In this document: positions 59,002-64,000 of the stretch, in pieces
How positions within the stretch are numbered: position 1 is the stretch's first letter
Layout of the letters: each line of letters opens with the position of its first letter
Origin: Candidatus Latescibacterota bacterium
Lineage (GTDB): Bacteria; Latescibacterota; UBA2968
Length of the DNA stretch: 64,000 nt
NCBI GenBank assembly: GCA_965204375.1
Contig: OZ241986.1
Location: forward strand, 576,001-640,000
Direction of reading: 5' to 3'
Notes under the pieces: generated by a model
Database searches by the model: none
What the model saw: the letters and a program-made list of their open reading frames with translations, nothing else
Told to the model about the DNA's origin: nothing
Translations under genes and position numbers: made by a program

Positions 59002-59850
59002 ATGACACCTAACTTTCTGCACATCGGCGCATCGAAATGCAAATCATCCTGGCTGTATCGGGTCTGTCTTGAACACCCGGACATCTATGTACCAGGCGAT
59101 GGGTATGATAACGTGAATTTTTTCGTGAACACCTACCACCGCGGTATGGACTGGTATGAGGAAACCTTTTTTGATGGGTGGAACGGTGAATCGGCCATCG
59201 GGGAGTTCAGCAATTCCTACATGCCCTTTGAACCGGCACTGGAGAGGATCTCGAGAACACTACCAGATGTGAAGCTGACCATGACCTTGATGAACCCCGT
59301 TCACCGGGTGTTCTACCAATGGGCTCACCGCAATGTGAAGCCGAAATGCACAGTCACGTTATTTGGCGAGCGGCGGCGGGTCAGTCCGCTCGACGTCCAG
59401 GCATTGCTGAATCGATGCGGAATGGACCCTGGGCGCGGGCTATTTGAGATGCCTGACCGTCTCTTGCATCACCATGGACACGGCCTGTTTCGCCAACTTG
59501 CAGAAGGTTGTTTCTATGCCTTTTGCCTGAAGCGGGTCTACCGATACTTTGATCAGAGCCATGTGCTCGTTTTGCTCTACGATGACTTGCTTTTGGATCA
59601 GGATGCGTTCCTGGGCCGCTTCTATGACCACATCGGTGTCCCGCACCGTTCGAGTATGTTGAAACCAGAGGCTGTGAATCCGGACCCACCGCTCACGGAG
59701 CATGAGAATTGGTTCCCATTCGCGTTGCGGCGGGAGTTGACAGATGCTTTCCGAGACGACATCGAAGACCTGCAAGAGATGCTTGGCCGCGATCTGAGTG
59801 CCTGGCTGGATCCGAAGCATCTGCCCGAGTATGCGACCCGAGAACGCTAA
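59002..59850 (+). CDS. Sulfotransferase-family protein
   Basis: PNFLHIGASKCKSSWL (5'-PSB loop), GEFSNSY, NPVHR..QW (3'-PB), LYDDL. Confidence 0.85.
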   Translation: MTPNFLHIGASKCKSSWLYRVCLEHPDIYVPGDGYDNVNFFVNTYHRGMDWYEETFFDGWNGESAIGEFSNSYMPFEPALERISRTLPDVKLTMTLMNPVHRVFYQWAHRNVKPKCTVTLFGERRRVSPLDVQALLNRCGMDPGRGLFEMPDRLLHHHGHGLFRQLAEGCFYAFCLKRVYRYFDQSHVLVLLYDDLLLDQDAFLGRFYDHIGVPHRSSMLKPEAVNPDPPLTEHENWFPFALRRELTDAFRDDIEDLQEMLGRDLSAWLDPKHLPEYATRER

Positions 59851-59891
59851 GTCGAATCGCTAGAGACCGCAGTCCCTTGACGGTATCTATA

Positions 59892-61253
59892 TCAATTCCC
59901 ACCGGTTGGTAGGGGTAAGAAGTCGCGTTCCAGAATCATCCACTCGGTTAGGCGGGCAATAAGATCAGCTTGGACGTCTGCCAAACCTGGATCATCAATC
60001 AGGTTGGTCAGTTCATAAGGATCGTTCTGTAGATCAAACAATTCAAACATTGGCCGGGTGGGGGTGAAGTACAGTCTTTCATGCAGTTCGGACAATTCAC
60101 CGCGTTTGCAACGTTCCATAAGGTCTATCCATACAGGTTTGCTATAAAAATCTACGGGCGTAAAAGGCACCTGCCAGTAGGCATTGTAAATCAAATGGTA
60201 ACGCTCTGTTCGAATTGCACGTGAAAGATCAAAAGCCGCTGAGGATACTGGAAGATCTTGACCGTGTGCACCACGCTGGGTGAATACTTCGGTTCGAGAT
60301 TTGTGCTCGCCGCCAGTCATCAGCTCACAAAAACTGTTGCCCGTGATTTGCTCCAGCGCATCAAGGCCTGTGGCTTCTAACACCGTTGCGGCAATATCTT
60401 CACCACTGATCAACTCGTCTGAAACAGTTCCCGGCGCGATCTTTCCAGGCCATTGTGCTATCAACGGCACATGACAACTCGGCTCATACAAAGTGCCTTT
60501 TCCCCGAAGCAGCGCTGCACCATTATCTCCCATAAACATCACAAGCGTGTTTTCACGCACCCCACGCTTGTCCAGCACATCCATCGCCTGTGCAAATTCC
60601 TGATCCATGCGGTGCAGAACACCGTAATAATCTGCCAAATCTTCGCGCAATGTTGGCGTATCGGGAAAATGCGGTGGCAATACGAGCGAGGCCGGATCAG
60701 GTCGGTATTCATCGGGTCGCAATGTCCAAGCCCGGTGTGGATCGTTAAAACCGAGATACATAAAAAAGGGTGTATCTTTGGGGCATTGGTCCAAAAATTC
60801 ACTCAAAACCCTCGGAGTTTCTCCCTTTAATTCCTTATCGGTACAGACATTGAGATAGTCTACACGATCTTTTGCTGTGCGCAGATTGTATTTTTCTTGC
60901 ACATGTCCATCCACGCCTTTTGGGTTTGCACGTCCGTCCAGATGGTGCCACCGCCTACCCAGACCGGTAAAATATCCGGCATCTCGCAACGCATCCAGAA
61001 TGGTGGGCACCTCACGTGGGAGGGGGGCTGTAAACCGTGTCATCGAAATGGCAACCGGTGACCGGCCCGTAAACATCGACGCTCGAGAGGGCATACATTG
61101 TGGCGATGTTGTATATGCGCGGTCAAAGCGCATCCCTTGTGCTGCAAACGCATCGATATTAGGCGTGTTGGCATGTGGGTCGCCATAACACCCCAGATGC
61201 GGTGCGCTGTGATCATCTGAAAGAATCAACAGAATATTTGGACGCCCTGCCAT
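59892..61253 (-). CDS. Sulfatase (N-sulfoglucosamine sulfohydrolase-like)
   Basis: SDDH, CMPSRASMFTGR, DPHR, GDNG, ELFDLQNDPYE. Confidence 0.92.
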   Translation of the reverse strand: MAGRPNILLILSDDHSAPHLGCYGDPHANTPNIDAFAAQGMRFDRAYTTSPQCMPSRASMFTGRSPVAISMTRFTAPLPREVPTILDALRDAGYFTGLGRRWHHLDGRANPKGVDGHVQEKYNLRTAKDRVDYLNVCTDKELKGETPRVLSEFLDQCPKDTPFFMYLGFNDPHRAWTLRPDEYRPDPASLVLPPHFPDTPTLREDLADYYGVLHRMDQEFAQAMDVLDKRGVRENTLVMFMGDNGAALLRGKGTLYEPSCHVPLIAQWPGKIAPGTVSDELISGEDIAATVLEATGLDALEQITGNSFCELMTGGEHKSRTEVFTQRGAHGQDLPVSSAAFDLSRAIRTERYHLIYNAYWQVPFTPVDFYSKPVWIDLMERCKRGELSELHERLYFTPTRPMFELFDLQNDPYELTNLIDDPGLADVQADLIARLTEWMILERDFLPLPTGGN

Positions 61254-61468
61254 GCACCAACTCCTTTCATAAAGATTCAAAAGACCATGTAGTCGGCCTC
61301 AAAATACACAATCAAAAGTCTTCCCACAATGTCCAAGTGGCTTCATGTCCCTTTCGCAAAGTATTAAGACCTTTTGAGACATTGTGTATTGGTGTCTGGC
61401 TGGATATCATAAATAACAGAATGGAAAGCTCTTGAACATCAACCCTTAAAAAATGGGGGGTAATCGTT

Positions 61469-62806
61469 ATGACCGGTGGTTTTGGATCAGGATCGAATCA
61501 AGTCGAAGCCAGTGATCAGCCAAATTTTATTATTCTTTACGCTGACGATCTCGGTTGGCCAGGATTATCAGTATTAATGGATGAACGCGTGCCTGATTCT
61601 AAAAGTGACTACTATCAGACACCAAACCTCGAACAACTGGCAAAACAGGGCGTGGTTTTTAGCAATGGTTATGCGGGTTCTCCGGTTTGTTCTGCCTCAC
61701 GCGCAAGTTTGCTAACCGGAATGACTACCGCAAAGCATGGGCTGACTGCATTGGTTGGTTGGAAGGGGCAGAACCGTGATGACAGTGTACTGATGGGAAC
61801 ACCTAATAAAACAAACGATATTCAGCCTTATACGACACTACCTGAGCAGCTTAAAAAGATTGATTCAAGTTATGTGACTGCTCACTTTGGTAAATGGCAC
61901 CTTCAGTCTGGAGGGCCCGGTTCTAACGGTTTTGATGAAAGTGATGGTCCCACTGGCAATAGAGAGGGTAATACTGAAGATGGAGGGGATGACCCCAAGC
62001 AAACCTTCAGTATCTCCAGAAGAGGAATTGAATTTATGAAACAGTCGGTTAGCGAAAACCGGCCCTTTTACTTGCAACTTTCATACTATGCCGTCCATCT
62101 GCAAATGATAGCACTGCAAAAAACCCATGAAAAATACAAGGCCTTGCCCAAGGGTACTAAACACGACCATCCACTGTATGCTGCCATGACAGAAGATCTT
62201 GATACTGGCGTCGGAATGGTTCTAAGTGCCGTAAGAGAATTGGGAATCACAGAAAACACATACATTGTATTCACTTCGGATAATGGCCCTTATGTCAATC
62301 GTAGAGAGGGAGAGATAAGCAGTGCGTTACCTTTAAAGGAAGGTAAATTCTTTGTTTATGAAGGAGGCATTCGTGTTCCCTTTATTATTTCTGGTCCTAA
62401 TATTAAGCCAGGAGAAATATCTCATGTTACGGTGACACAGTATGATCTGTTTCCGACTGTCTGTGATTTGGCTGGTGGACATTGGCCTGAGGAAGTAGAT
62501 GGCGGAAGTCTGCGGCATACTTTGCATAACGACATCCAAGGAAAGGTGAAACGTCCAAGCGATTATCTTGTTTGGCACTATCCTCATTTCAATCGTCAAG
62601 CCAATCCTCATTCTGCCGTTATTTTTGAAAATTATAAATTGCTGCGTTTTTGGGAAGACGAGACCCTTGAACTTTTCGACTTAGAAAAGGATCCATTTGA
62701 ACTGAAGAATATTGTTAATGAGAAACCAGAATTAGCACAAAAATTACTTTCAGAAATGGATCAATATATCGCTAAAGTTGATGCATTAGTCCCGAGAAGA
62801 AAATGA
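61469..62806 (+). CDS. Sulfatase
   Basis: ADDLG, CSASRASLLTG, GKWHL, SDNG, YEGGIRVP. Confidence 0.93.
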   Translation: MTGGFGSGSNQVEASDQPNFIILYADDLGWPGLSVLMDERVPDSKSDYYQTPNLEQLAKQGVVFSNGYAGSPVCSASRASLLTGMTTAKHGLTALVGWKGQNRDDSVLMGTPNKTNDIQPYTTLPEQLKKIDSSYVTAHFGKWHLQSGGPGSNGFDESDGPTGNREGNTEDGGDDPKQTFSISRRGIEFMKQSVSENRPFYLQLSYYAVHLQMIALQKTHEKYKALPKGTKHDHPLYAAMTEDLDTGVGMVLSAVRELGITENTYIVFTSDNGPYVNRREGEISSALPLKEGKFFVYEGGIRVPFIISGPNIKPGEISHVTVTQYDLFPTVCDLAGGHWPEEVDGGSLRHTLHNDIQGKVKRPSDYLVWHYPHFNRQANPHSAVIFENYKLLRFWEDETLELFDLEKDPFELKNIVNEKPELAQKLLSEMDQYIAKVDALVPRRK

Positions 62807-63128
62807 AACGAGAGAGTGCCATTGGCCTATCATGCAAACGCTTCTCGTTCCAGTTGTTAATGATAGTGACTGCGATGAGCTGTACAATTTCTGATCAACA
62901 TAAAAGTAGGTGATGGTATAAAATAGAAGTCAGGTTCTTGGCGATGCACGAAAGTGGGAAGACATTCCAAACCCAGACGAATATATGTTAGACAGGCTGG
63001 ATCAGTAGCTTTTTAGCGGGTTGGGGAAATCTCTGACTAATCAAACATTCTCCTACAATATGATAAATATCGATAATGTTTTAGCTTCTTGCATGTCTTG
63101 AGAATAGTTTCATATCCGTGGAAAGGCA

Positions 63129-64000
63129 ATGACAACCGTGAAGAAAGGAACTGTATCGATGAAGGATCAGACCCCGGAAGCCATCCTGGGCGAATTTGAA
63201 AAGCGGGTGGATGCCATGTTTCGCGCTGAGGCAGGAGAGCCGTTGGTGCGCGCCAAGAAGCAGAAACCACTCGGCCCGGAACGCGGTAACTACGTCCGCG
63301 CCTACTCCTATTCCATCATGGCGTTTGCCGCGCGCTGTCTGTATCTAGGCGAGATGCTGGATGAGGCAAATGCCGCGCTGATCGAGAATGCACAGCACTA
63401 CCTTGACAATCCGCGGGACATCAACGACCGCGACAGTTTCCACTGGCATGCGGAAATCGTCATGCGGCTGATCGAGATGTACGGCACCAACGGGACGGAG
63501 CATCCTGGCCGCATCACCAAAGAAACCGAGGTCCTCGCGCTCAAACCGATCTGGCTCTATGCGAAAATGTGCTCGTGGCTAAGCAAGGCGGAGGTCGTGG
63601 ACTCGCAGACCTGGCACATTTACGGGTCCGAGAACCATCATGCCATGGACTTCACGGTGAATTGGCACTTCTCCAAGCTCGCCAGGGACCTGCCCGAATA
63701 TAGGAACCTCAAGTTTGATGACGGTGCCACGGCCGAGGATCACTACCGCGCCTGGAACGAGTACTTCATCGCTTACTGCCGGGAACGGGCCCGCAAGAGC
63801 CTGTGTATCGAAATGATGAGCGATGGATATAACGCCACGCTGATCAGGGGATTCTATAACTTCTACGACTTCGGTGATCCACCAGTACAGCGCTCGGCCG
63901 GGATGTTCCTCGATCTCTACTTTGCTTACTGGGCGCAAGAGCAGATTGGTGGGCATATGGGTGGCGGCGGGTCGCGCAGAAAGGGGGAGAAAGCGTTCTA
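63129..64000 (+). CDS. Hypothetical protein (runs off the window's right edge)
   Basis: Manual translation, open to the window end: MTTVKKGTVSMKDQTPE...DRDSFHW...GSENHHAM... Confidence 0.7.
   Translation, partial: MTTVKKGTVSMKDQTPEAILGEFEKRVDAMFRAEAGEPLVRAKKQKPLGPERGNYVRAYSYSIMAFAARCLYLGEMLDEANAALIENAQHYLDNPRDINDRDSFHWHAEIVMRLIEMYGTNGTEHPGRITKETEVLALKPIWLYAKMCSWLSKAEVVDSQTWHIYGSENHHAMDFTVNWHFSKLARDLPEYRNLKFDDGATAEDHYRAWNEYFIAYCRERARKSLCIEMMSDGYNATLIRGFYNFYDFGDPPVQRSAGMFLDLYFAYWAQEQIGGHMGGGGSRRKGEKAF

Overview
Bacterial chromosomal window that starts at a parAB locus. The many PhyH-like dioxygenases, sulfatases, Rpn-like and AAA-PD-(D/E)XK genes are reminiscent of Latescibacterota/Poribacteria-type genomes (inference only). 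Core genes: parB, parA, ppdK, tRNA-Lys(TTT), cysH, a cysM-mec-cysO-rrf2-cysK cysteine cluster, rpsT, blaI-blaR1-tonB and xylA. An AT-richer ~9.5 kb accessory block separates cysH from cysM. It carries the most striking locus: a translationally coupled five-gene operon encoding a dynamin-like GTPase, a small membrane protein, a 1034-aa HerA/FtsK-type ATPase, a WHH (HNH/EndoVII) nuclease toxin with no recognisable export domain, and a SMI1/KNR4 immunity protein. This is a candidate undescribed toxin-delivery or defence system. Other accessory structure includes an R-M system and two TA modules whose toxic partner is reduced to a stub, cassettes flanked by duplicated gene ends, and an intact AbiE pair. 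Mobile elements comprise a tnpB-only IS200/IS605 element and an IS1182-like element nested in the terminal repeat of an IS256, whose transposase reads through into a CoiA-like gene. There is also a solitary CRISPR-repeat-like sequence, a tandem PhyH duplication, and four PhyH-like proteins with HxG/HxS instead of HxD. All family calls come from motif recognition; no database search was run.
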